Shown one piece after another: positions 32,227 to 40,443 of a stretch of DNA of 52,332 bases. Positions within the stretch are counted from its first letter, which is position 1, and each line of letters begins with the position of its first letter. A model generated the notes under the pieces. That model was not told where the DNA came from. It did not search any database and saw only the letters and a program-made list of their open reading frames with translations. Source of the DNA: Bacilli bacterium (GTDB taxonomy: Bacteria > Bacillota_I > Bacilli_A > RFN20 > CAG-826); NCBI GenBank assembly GCA_016296285.1, contig JAEDJP010000001.1, forward strand, positions 1 to 52,332, in the 5' to 3' direction. The position numbers and the translations under genes are program-made.

Positions 32227-32655
32227 TCTTCGCCAAGGTGAAATAGGGGTCCGAATTCTAGGCCTTATTAGACGGAATGCGCGCAGTGATGGAAGAATAT
32301 CCATGCGGATGCACGCTAAAATTTGTAGGAAGTAAGTTTGATAACCTTCCGAATCTTGTCGAGTTCGGGAGGTAGAGCAATTGCTTCAAATGAGGCATTT
32401 TAGACTCCTAGAAAGTTGATGATTAACTTTAGTTAACCTCTTCTTTCTTCGCTATGCATGTCTCCCTGATGTGACATCGCTTCTCACCCCTTTTTTCCAA
32501 AATTTTCCTTTTCGGTTTGAATGCATTGCCAAGCTACAAAAAAGGATAAAGAAAGTGTCATAATGGCCCAATTTTTCCAAAAAGTGCGAAAAAATTCGGC
32601 AAAAGGTAACCCCATTAGTCGACCATTTGCGCGTTGGATTTATCGCCCTACGGTT

Positions 32656-33987
32656 TCAGAAAAGCGGGGCGTCAAGAAGTGTCTCGTTCTTCAAGAAATC
32701 GAACAGACCTATGCGGACCACGCCATCCTCGTCGCTGGAAATTCCATCGGTGAATTTGCTGACGATGATTTTCGTGAATCCATCGCCGATTCTCCGGAAA
32801 GCTGCCTTTTCTTGGGAGAGCTTGGCCGCATCCGGAATCCAGTAAGCGGATTGGATGTAAAAGCGTCTCCCGTGGGTCTCCACCACGAAGTCCACTTCCC
32901 GATTCACGCGTGTTTGTCTGCCGTTCACCATTTCGTTGGTGCTGATGACCCCTACGTTGACCTGATAGCCCCTAGCTTGCAACTCGTTGTAGATTGCGTT
33001 CTCCATGAAGTGCGGTTCCTGGTCCATGCCTTTGAATCCGGCGGCCGCGCTCCTGAGCCCAAGGTCCTGAAAATAGTATTTCGCCGTTCCACCGATCGTC
33101 TCTTTTCCCTTCAAGTCGTAGCGCTGCGCTTTGGACACGAGGAAGGCATCCTCAAGATAATCGAAATATTTGCGGACCGTGTCGGGCGAAATGTGCGAAT
33201 TCTCTTTTGAGCGGAAAGTATTTGCAAGCTTGTTTGCGCTGATTAGGGAGCCCACCGATGTGGAAAGGAAAGAAGTGACTTCCTCCAGAGAATGCTCATT
33301 CCTTAAAGCGTGTCGGTCCGCGACGTCACGGATGTAGGTGGTGAGGAAGACATCTTTAAGATATGCCCTTTTCTCTTTCTCGGTGGCGAGCAAAGCACAT
33401 CCTGGCAGCCCTCCCCATCGGTAAAAAGAGTTCCAAAGGTTAAAATCGTTCACTGAAGTCGGCGTCGCTTCTCTTAGCTCACCGAAGCTGAGCGGATGCA
33501 TGTGGATTTGCCATCCCCTCCCTCGGAATTCGGTCGCAATGTCACTGGAGAGCATGTGAGAGTTGCTGCCGGTCACGTAGACGTCAACATTCCTGTATGA
33601 GGAAAGAAGCCCGTTCAAGACGCTGTAGAAGGTGATCGTAGGCTTTTTGCCGCTCACCGTTTGGACGCCTTCAAAATAGGGACTCTCAATGCTCTCGCAG
33701 AGCTGTATCTCGTCAATGAAAAGGAAGGCCTGCCCTTCTCTCGGAAGGATGGAGCGGACTTTCTTCCCCAGGGAAATGGGATTATGTAGTTCCTCATTCC
33801 TATCATCCGAAAGGTCAAGCATGAATATCCTGTCTTTCGGAATTCCGTGAGCCAATAGGTATTCGGTAAATATCGGGTTGAGGAGATAGGATTTCCCGGA
33901 TCTCCTTGGCCCGGTGATAACCTTAATCATCCCATTACCGATGGACGAAACGAGTTTCTGCAGGTATTTTGGCCTTTCGAATTGCAT
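32656..33987 (-). CDS. AAA+ ATPase of the AAA_14/DUF4143 family (islet 1)
   Basis: Walker A GPRRSGKSYLL, Walker B FLFIDEIQ, family-typical C-terminus (REVDFVVETHGRRFYIQSAYWI...QEKAAFRRIGDGFTKIIVS). GGAGG lies 6 nt upstream of the ATG. Paralog of 34649-35968. Confidence 0.8.
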   Translation of the reverse strand: MQFERPKYLQKLVSSIGNGMIKVITGPRRSGKSYLLNPIFTEYLLAHGIPKDRIFMLDLSDDRNEELHNPISLGKKVRSILPREGQAFLFIDEIQLCESIESPYFEGVQTVSGKKPTITFYSVLNGLLSSYRNVDVYVTGSNSHMLSSDIATEFRGRGWQIHMHPLSFGELREATPTSVNDFNLWNSFYRWGGLPGCALLATEKEKRAYLKDVFLTTYIRDVADRHALRNEHSLEEVTSFLSTSVGSLISANKLANTFRSKENSHISPDTVRKYFDYLEDAFLVSKAQRYDLKGKETIGGTAKYYFQDLGLRSAAAGFKGMDQEPHFMENAIYNELQARGYQVNVGVISTNEMVNGRQTRVNREVDFVVETHGRRFYIQSAYWIPDAAKLSQEKAAFRRIGDGFTKIIVSKFTDGISSDEDGVVRIGLFDFLKNETLLDAPLF

Positions 33988-34387
33988 CTTGCGCCTCCAA
34001 CTTGCTAAAGTCGTAGAAATCTACAACTTTGACTAGTAGATAGTTTAGCGCAACCGCCTTTAAACAAGAAGAGAAAGGCGATCTCTACCAAATTCAATGT
34101 GACTTTCTATGATCTTCTCGACCAGTTCCTAGACTTAGGAACTTGAAAACTCCAAGAATCCGGCAAGCCGAAAACGCCATGGCTGTCGGAAGAATGAGGT
34201 AAGGTGCGGACAAAAGAAGATGCGGACAAACCTTCCGGCCGGAGAAAATCCGGAAATTCTCCTGAAAAGTTGTCCGCAGGGTAGTAAAATCGGGGAAGCC
34301 GTTCCTCTTCTTGCTGAGAGAGGGTCAGCAGACGGCAAAGACGACATGTGGATGAATCCGTCCGCAGAAAGCAGCACACACGCACTA

Positions 34388-34465
34388 GTGGCGGAATAGG
34401 TATACGCGGCGGATTTAGGATCTATTGGATAATTTCATGCAGGTTCAAGTCCTGTCGCCCGCACC
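34388..34465 (+). pseudogene. decayed tRNA-Leu copy (non-functional acceptor stem)
   Basis: The 3' 32 nt (34437-34468) are identical to 32144-32175. The D-arm and anticodon-loop region (TTTAGGA) are recognisable. The 5' acceptor GCACTAG cannot pair with CGCCCGC, and the anticodon stem has mismatches. Confidence 0.75.
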
Positions 34466-34475
34466 ATCGGAAACA

Positions 34476-34516
34476 GACGGTCTCTCCTTCCTGGAAAGGA
34501 AGTGCGGAGACCGTTT
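34476..34516 (+). terminator. terminator hairpin homologous to the one after the intact tRNA-Leu
   Basis: ACGGTCTCTCCTTCC - tgga - AAGGAAGTGCGGAGACCGT followed by TTTT. It shares GGAAAGGAAGTGCGGAG(G/A)CCGTTTT with 32198-32224. Confidence 0.55.
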
Positions 34517-34648
34517 TCGTTTATCCACCAAGCGGAAAAGGATTTTATTTTCCAATTCAATCAAACGGAGATACTCTGGGGCGAAGGGCAAAGATATAAT
34601 ATATTTACAAATATTTCAAAAATTGAATTTTTTGTCACGAGGCATGCT

Positions 34649-35968
34649 ATGGAAATCAAGAGAGATTATTATCTGGAGCGGCTCATCCGTTCCCGCAACA
34701 ACGGGGCCATCAAGGTCATCGCCGGCATAAGGCGGTGTGGAAAGAGCTATCTTCTTGACCCGCTTTTCCGCTTTTGGCTCCTCAATCAGGGTATCCCTTC
34801 GGAAAGAATCATCAAAATCGACCTTTCCGAAGGGAGGAATCAGGCGCTGGCCAACCCTCTAAGTCTCTCGAATTACCTGGAGGGAATTCTTCCCAAAGAC
34901 GGTCCCTGCTACCTCTTCCTTGACGAGATTCAGCACTGCGAGGCCATCGAAAGCCCCTATTTTGATGACGTCAAAACCGCCAGCGGAAAAAAGCCCCTGA
35001 TCACCTTCTACACTGTACTGAACGGGATTCTGTCTTCCCACAAGAACGTCGACTGCTATGTGACGGGAAGCAATTCGAGGATGCTTTCCAGCGACATCCT
35101 TACGGATTTCCGCGGCCGGGGCTTTGAAATCCGGATGAGCCCTCTCTCATTCTCCGAGTACCTATCGGCGAGGAATGGGGCGGATCGGGGACAAGTCTTC
35201 CGGGATTACCTCCGCTACGGAGGGATGCCTTTCTCCCTGACCTACGATGACCCCGGTGACAGGGAGGAGTACCTCCGTTCCCTGTTCGGCACCGTCTACT
35301 ACAAGGACATCGTCGAGAGGTACAGGCTGCAGGAAAACTCTTCCCTAAACGAGCTCACGAAGGTAATGGCCTCATCCGTCGGGTCATTGATCAACACCAG
35401 CCGCATCGCGGACACGTTCCGTTCCACCGAGGGCAAAGGAATCGCCAGGAACACGATCGAAGGTTACCTCGGTTATCTCAAAGACGCTTTTCTCTTAGAA
35501 GAAGCGGAGAGGTACGACATACGAGGACGGAAAATTATCGGAAGCGGAAAGAAGTACTATTTTGCAGATACAGGGCTCCGAAACGCACTTCTCAATTTCC
35601 GCCAGCCCGACCGCGGCCATTTGATGGAGAACGCAATCTACAACGAGCTCATACGGCTCGGTTATGGAGTCGATGTCGGAGTTATCCGCTCCTATGACCC
35701 CACCGCACCCAAATCCAACGCCTCCCCACAGCTCGAGGTCGACTTCGTCGCGGAGAAGGGGGATGCCCGCTACTACATCCAGTCCGCCTTCTCGGTTGAT
35801 GACGAATCAAAGATGGCTCAAGAGAAACGTCCGCTTTTGGCCGTGAGGGACTCCTTCCGCAAGATCCTGATCGAAGGTGACGACTTCGAGCCGTATCAGG
35901 ACGACGACGGAGTGGTTCATGTCGGAGCCATCGATTTCCTCCTGAATGCTCCTTCTGTTCTGAGATGA
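34649..35968 (+). CDS. AAA+ ATPase of the AAA_14/DUF4143 family (islet 2)
   Basis: Walker A GIRRCGKSYLL, Walker B YLFLDEIQ, C-terminus LEVDFVAEKGDARYYIQSAFSV...QEKRPLLAVRDSFRKILIE. GAGG lies 6 nt upstream of the ATG at 34649. The track ORF from 34502 is an upstream extension. Confidence 0.8.
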   Translation: MEIKRDYYLERLIRSRNNGAIKVIAGIRRCGKSYLLDPLFRFWLLNQGIPSERIIKIDLSEGRNQALANPLSLSNYLEGILPKDGPCYLFLDEIQHCEAIESPYFDDVKTASGKKPLITFYTVLNGILSSHKNVDCYVTGSNSRMLSSDILTDFRGRGFEIRMSPLSFSEYLSARNGADRGQVFRDYLRYGGMPFSLTYDDPGDREEYLRSLFGTVYYKDIVERYRLQENSSLNELTKVMASSVGSLINTSRIADTFRSTEGKGIARNTIEGYLGYLKDAFLLEEAERYDIRGRKIIGSGKKYYFADTGLRNALLNFRQPDRGHLMENAIYNELIRLGYGVDVGVIRSYDPTAPKSNASPQLEVDFVAEKGDARYYIQSAFSVDDESKMAQEKRPLLAVRDSFRKILIEGDDFEPYQDDDGVVHVGAIDFLLNAPSVLR

Positions 35969-35999
35969 ATAAACTGGTTACTATTTTTTAAATTTATAA

Positions 36000-36161
36000 T
36001 TTCTTGTCACAACCACACGCGGCCATATCACGCTTCAGAAGATAGCCGAGTCGCTCAAGGTGTCCAAGAGGACGGCTTCAAGGATTGTCATCTCGCTCAA
36101 ATCAAAGGGGGTGCTCAGCAGGAACGGATCGGAAAGATCCGCAAAACGGATACTCCAATGA
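36000..36161 (+). pseudogene. 3' remnant of a gene encoding a C-terminal HTH domain
   Basis: Open frame with no start codon. It encodes ...ITLQKIAESLKVSKRTASRIVISLKSKGVLSRNGSERSAKRILQ*, a typical wHTH C-terminal tail, and is bounded upstream by TAA at 35997. Confidence 0.5.
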
Positions 36162-36424
36162 AGTGGTCGAGAATCAGAACAACAGGAATCCCATCTTCTT
36201 CTAGAATTTCTCCAGCAACCCGTCAGCTACTCAGTTTCAGACCGGCCCGCCGCTCCCATGCGTGCCTTCGATTTTCCCGAAAATTCGTCCGCAATCCGTC
36301 CGCATCAGGCGTTCAATTCGGTTCTAGAAGAATAATCCTAACTCTTAACGGCACTTAAGATTTCCCGATAGAATAATAAGCACTTTCTTCCAAAATGCTC
36401 CATCTCAAACCATCGGGGCATGCT

Positions 36425-36477
36425 GACTTAGGATCTGATGGACTTCCGTGCAGGTTCAAGTCCTGTCGCCCGCACCA
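36425..36477 (+). repeat. 3' fragment of tRNA-Leu (anticodon loop to CCA), att-like direct repeat
   Basis: 52 of 53 positions are identical to 32120-32172. Homology begins exactly at GACTTAGGA in the anticodon loop and ends at CCA. Confidence 0.85.
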
Positions 36478-36487
36478 ATAGAAAGGG

Positions 36488-36526
36488 AAGCCTCCGGCCC
36501 CAAAAGGGAACGGAGGCTTTTATTTT
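36488..36526. terminator. hairpin/terminator after the tRNA-Leu fragment
   Basis: AAGCCTCCG - 14-nt loop - CGGAGGCTT followed by TTATTTT. Confidence 0.6.
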
Positions 36527-36668
36527 CTTCGGCTCGGAACATCTATGGACGTAAACATTAAGCCCTATAAGACAGGAATGGTTACCGTGAAATAGAAGTA
36601 CCCTTTCGGTTACGGGAGATACCCATTTTGAAGATGTCGAAGCTACCGTAGTAGCTGGTATGGAAGTT

Positions 36669-37237
36669 CTACCAGAACTCATCGGTATCAACGAAGGAGT
36701 CATCGGCGAATAAGGCAAGACCTTCTTCGGGAAGATCCTTCTGGGTGAAGGTTGTTTCACGTCTATTGACCTTATTGTAGAAGTAATTGTTGTTATCGGC
36801 ATTGGAGCAGACGTTGACATAGAACTTGGCAAAGAAGTGCTCGGAGCTGGCAATGATTCTGGCGGAACCAACTTCATCACCATAGACATAACCGTTTTCG
36901 ATATGACCGATGGAAGTATTGGTGATGATATAGGTCATCTCTTAGGCAGCGTCAGGATTGGAGAAATGCAACTTGATCTTGTTGTAGCATCCCTTCATGA
37001 CAGGGCAGGCAGTAACTTCCAAAGTACCGTAATCAATCGGTCCGGAAAAAAGATTCCTCTTTGGAGGAAACTTCCTCAGGAGCCTGACTTTCGGAAGCCT
37101 CGGACTGGGTGGATTCAGACTTTTTGGGATGTCTTTCCTTCGCTGCTGATCGGCTTGGAGGTTTCACCGCCCTCCTTACCGCAGCCGGCCAACGCAAATA
37201 AAGCGGTAGAGGCCAATAATCAAAATTCACGTTTCAT
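36669..37237 (-). pseudogene. decayed lipoprotein gene (nonsense codons plus frameshifts)
   Basis: The ATG at 37237 gives MKREF-TGA-LLASTALFALAGCGKEGG, an in-frame TGA at 37220-37222 inside a lipoprotein signal peptide. The Ser/Glu linker (KKSESTQSEASESQAPEEVSSKEES) lies in another frame. A further frame change occurs near a T6 run, and an in-frame TAA lies at 36942-36944 before the last 89-codon ORF (36669-36938). Confidence 0.6.
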
Positions 37238-37251
37238 AAATGTTCTATAAC

Positions 37252-37280
37252 AAAAGAAACCCGGGATTGCTCCCGGGGTT
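37252..37280 (-). terminator. rho-independent terminator ending the locus-B operon (minus strand)
   Basis: On the minus strand: AACCCCGGGA - gcaa - TCCCGGGTT followed by TCTTTTG, 6 nt after the GH43 stop codon. Confidence 0.75.
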
Positions 37281-37285
37281 ATAGG

Positions 37286-38467
37286 TTAGATGAGATTTCC
37301 TTTGACGATATCGCTGATGGCGATGTCGTCGAAGTTGTTGATGTGAAGCTTACATTGATAGACGATGCGCATCTGGTCCATGGATTCACGTCCGTGGAAG
37401 ACATAATGAAGTTCGCCATCTTTCTCGACAACACATCCATGTCCTGTCGAATAGAGTGAGATTTCCGGAATCTGATGGATGATCGGATTCTTACCATATT
37501 TGTGATAGGGACCAAGTGGCCGATCGGCAACGGCTGCACCGATGCCATATAAGGCGTTTTCATAGCTGTTGCAGGAGTAGAAGATCAGATATTTCTTAAC
37601 GCCGTCAATGACATAGGGGATCGTCATGGAGCCTTCGGCCCAACGACGGTTATGCTTTTGGCCATGAGAAAATTCATAGTCGGAGATATGGCCGTTTTCC
37701 CATTCCTGAGGCTCATGGTAATAGGAGATGATCTGGACCCATTTATCCTTACGGATTTCAGGATGTTCAGCATCGTAGGCGACAAAGGAAGGATGAATGG
37801 TCGGCATCATCTTTGCTTCCTTGTCGTACCAGAAGGCAGGATCCAATTCTACGGCGAGAATATTGCTTTCCTCCACGAACTTGTCGAATCTCTGATCCGG
37901 TAAATTGTTCTCGTAGCAACAACGGGAATAGAAGAGATAGAAATGCCCGTCTTCCATCAGCAGATCGGCATCGATCGCAGGAATATAGGTTCCTTTTTTG
38001 GCTTTGCTTAAGTCTATTTCGGAGACTTTGACGGCGAAGGCGTCTTGGCAAAGCGCATCGACATCACGATATTCATAATCAAAGGGATAGTAATCAATCG
38101 GGTGATTGGCAAGGTTGCGGAAGGGGCCTTCAGGCGTCGCGGAAACGGCAACACCGATTTTGGAATTCTCTAAAAAGTCGGGTCTTCCGAAATACTTCGT
38201 CGTCAATTCCGGTTTCACTCTCGCAGAGTAGAAGAGATAGTAATGCTCGTTGTGCGGATTATAGTAGCATTCCGGAGCCCAGAACCAATCCGTTCCCCAG
38301 CACATTTCATCCTCATAATAGGCAAATCCGACCTTCTCCCAATTGCAAAGGTCTTTGGATTTATAGATGATGAAGTGTTTGGTTTCTTCATCACCGGTGG
38401 CATATGCGTAATACGTTCCTGTTTTAGGGTCCTTCATGACAAAAGGATCTGCACCGATGACATTCAT
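37286..38467 (-). CDS. glycoside hydrolase family 43 protein (cytoplasmic)
   Basis: Five-bladed-propeller motifs: GADPFVMKD (general-base Asp), WFWAPECYY, PAIDADLLMEDGHFYLFYS, and WAEGSMTIPY (acid Glu). No signal peptide. Confidence 0.75.
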   Translation of the reverse strand: MNVIGADPFVMKDPKTGTYYAYATGDEETKHFIIYKSKDLCNWEKVGFAYYEDEMCWGTDWFWAPECYYNPHNEHYYLFYSARVKPELTTKYFGRPDFLENSKIGVAVSATPEGPFRNLANHPIDYYPFDYEYRDVDALCQDAFAVKVSEIDLSKAKKGTYIPAIDADLLMEDGHFYLFYSRCCYENNLPDQRFDKFVEESNILAVELDPAFWYDKEAKMMPTIHPSFVAYDAEHPEIRKDKWVQIISYYHEPQEWENGHISDYEFSHGQKHNRRWAEGSMTIPYVIDGVKKYLIFYSCNSYENALYGIGAAVADRPLGPYHKYGKNPIIHQIPEISLYSTGHGCVVEKDGELHYVFHGRESMDQMRIVYQCKLHINNFDDIAISDIVKGNLI

Positions 38468-38509
38468 TGTTTCACCTCGACTTCCTGTTTGAAAATCACT
38501 TTTATTCCT

Positions 38510-40342
38510 TTAGATGAGGTCTGCGACGGAAACGTAAGAGGCATCCTTGTCGATGGCGATGGAAGAACCACCAAGATAGTAGTTGGCGTTGGTCTTCTTG
38601 CTGCCATCGCTCGTAACATCGTTATAGGCGACGACAACCTTCAAATCGCTCACATCCAAGCCCAACTCATCCAAGTTGACTCTACCTTCCATAACCATGC
38701 CCCTATCGTCTTCAGCACCACCGACGACATTGACTTCACCGGTCGTTCTCACATGGTGAGAAACATCGGTGATGGCCTTGGCATAAATCATGTTGCCTTT
38801 CGGGGAGTAGGAGCTTTCCGGGGAACCAGCAGCATAGATTCTCATCAAGTTGGCAGAGGAGAGAAGAACCGGAATGGCTTCCTTGGAACCGCCATTGGTC
38901 AGATAGAGACGCAAATCATCGTTGCCACCCTTCTGGCCCATATCGCCGGCATGCCAGGCTTCGGCATCGGTCCAGATATCGCCATCGGTAATATTGGCGG
39001 CAAAGTACAAATCGCCATTGGCTTCATCGACCTTGAAAGAGATCGTTCCCTTGCCATCGATATCGTTGGTCTTGGCATCTGCCCAATCATCGATCTTGCC
39101 GTCAACCATTGGGAATTCGCTGACATGGACCGGAAGTTTGCCGTCATAGACACCCCAATTGGTCGTAGCCTTGAAGGAAACTTCCTGATCGCCTTCGGTA
39201 AGCTGATAACCACCGTCATAGCTGACCTTGACCGTGCCGGTCGTACCGTTTTCGAACTCCGCTTCCAAATATTCAGGAAGCTTGCTATGAGCCTTGACGG
39301 AGACATTGACCGGATCGGCTTCGATCTTGGTAATCTTTCTGTTATCGTTGAGAGCAATCAATTCGGCCGCGGCTCTATGGCCTAAGACAAAGTTATCCTG
39401 AGCGCCGAAATGCCAAGGCTCGAAGGTGTTGGTATATAAGTCTTCGGTATGGACGAAATGGGTGTTGGCATCTTCGGAAGCAACCTTCTTCTGGATTTTA
39501 CGAAGCTTGTTGCAGTATCGACCGGAATTGGTGACGGCTTCGGTAACGACGACAGGAAGGTCTGCATCACCGACATATTCGCGGAAGTCATGGATGAAAT
39601 CGCCTAAGGCTTTTTCATAGATCTCCATGTTCTTTTCATACTTGGTATCCTGTTCGCCATGGACCCAGATAAGGCCATCGATGACCGCTTCAAAGCCTTC
39701 TTCCTTGACCTGAGCGATGGCTTTGTCGACCAACTGATACAGGTTATTGGTAAGAGGGCCGGTATAATCACCGTTCTTGTCTTCTCTGATCTGGACCGGG
39801 TTGAGGGCATCTTCCATATCAGGATCATCCATCATGGATTTGGAGAACCAGTGATCGGTGAAGGTAGAACCGCAGGCGGTGTATTTGACGATCATGGACT
39901 TACGGGATTTGCCGTTCTTCTGATAACGGGTGGCCATGGTCTCAGCAATGCCGAGTTCCGGACCGAATTCCGATGCACTATCGCCCAAACCAGGTTTGAC
40001 CGGAGAGATGCTCTTGAAAGTAGGATGTTCGGGGATATTACCCAGATTTTCCATTCTCATGCCATCTTCGAGGATATCCACTTCCTCATTGGCAACGTTC
40101 TGTGCTTCGGTCAAATCGCTGACCAATGCCTTGCCACGTCCACCGGACTGACCGGAGAGGACAACGATGTGTACCTTGTCATCCTCGACAGGGGCGACAA
40201 AGGAAGATTCGGAGGAAGTCTGAGATTCCACGCTTTCCTGTTCGGAAGTGGGATGCTCGCTGGTCTTGTCTGCTTCCTTGCCACAGCTAACCAAGCCCAT
40301 CATCATCAAACCCACTGTCAACAAAGTAACACTCTTTTTCAT
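38510..40342 (-). CDS. lipoprotein: SASA/DUF303-type carbohydrate O-acetylesterase domain plus C-terminal CBM9-like module
   Basis: Lipobox G-L-V-S-C and a Ser/Glu linker. SASA-like motifs: VLSGQSGG (GQS), WVHGEQD, and PWHFG. The C-terminal DGKIDDWADAKTNDIDG...DLYFAANITDGD resembles CBM9. Confidence 0.55.
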   Translation of the reverse strand: MKKSVTLLTVGLMMMGLVSCGKEADKTSEHPTSEQESVESQTSSESSFVAPVEDDKVHIVVLSGQSGGRGKALVSDLTEAQNVANEEVDILEDGMRMENLGNIPEHPTFKSISPVKPGLGDSASEFGPELGIAETMATRYQKNGKSRKSMIVKYTACGSTFTDHWFSKSMMDDPDMEDALNPVQIREDKNGDYTGPLTNNLYQLVDKAIAQVKEEGFEAVIDGLIWVHGEQDTKYEKNMEIYEKALGDFIHDFREYVGDADLPVVVTEAVTNSGRYCNKLRKIQKKVASEDANTHFVHTEDLYTNTFEPWHFGAQDNFVLGHRAAAELIALNDNRKITKIEADPVNVSVKAHSKLPEYLEAEFENGTTGTVKVSYDGGYQLTEGDQEVSFKATTNWGVYDGKLPVHVSEFPMVDGKIDDWADAKTNDIDGKGTISFKVDEANGDLYFAANITDGDIWTDAEAWHAGDMGQKGGNDDLRLYLTNGGSKEAIPVLLSSANLMRIYAAGSPESSYSPKGNMIYAKAITDVSHHVRTTGEVNVVGGAEDDRGMVMEGRVNLDELGLDVSDLKVVVAYNDVTSDGSKKTNANYYLGGSSIAIDKDASYVSVADLI

Positions 40343-40443
40343 TGGAATTCCTGCTATGAAATGTTTTTGAAATTGAATCGAATCGATGCCTTTTTTCTCC
40401 TCTTCATTTTAGTGTGAGAAAGCCCTTTCTTTTATCATTAATA

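Noticed and set aside
32521-33210. A 229-aa plus-strand ORF in islet 1.
   Set aside because: It is antisense to the well-supported AAA_14/DUF4143 ATPase gene, with no RBS and no recognisable domain.
34388-34465. The second tRNA-Leu-like sequence, considered as a functional tRNA gene.
   Set aside because: Only 3 of 7 acceptor-stem pairs can form (GCACTAG against CGCCCGC), and the anticodon stem has a C-A mismatch plus two G-U pairs. It is treated as a decayed copy.
34520-34528. A DnaA-box-like 9-mer TTATCCACC.
   Set aside because: It is a single 8/9 match with no cluster, no AT-rich unwinding element in context, and no dnaA or dnaN nearby. It is not an origin.
37220-37222. An in-frame TGA inside a lipoprotein signal peptide, considered as evidence for genetic code 4 (TGA=Trp, Mollicutes).
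   Set aside because: TGA is the functional stop of many well-defined genes here (comEB, ecfA2, ecfT, the GH78 gene, a permease and others). Trp is encoded by TGG throughout. The same gene carries a TAA nonsense codon and frameshifts. Code 11 with a pseudogene is the simpler explanation.
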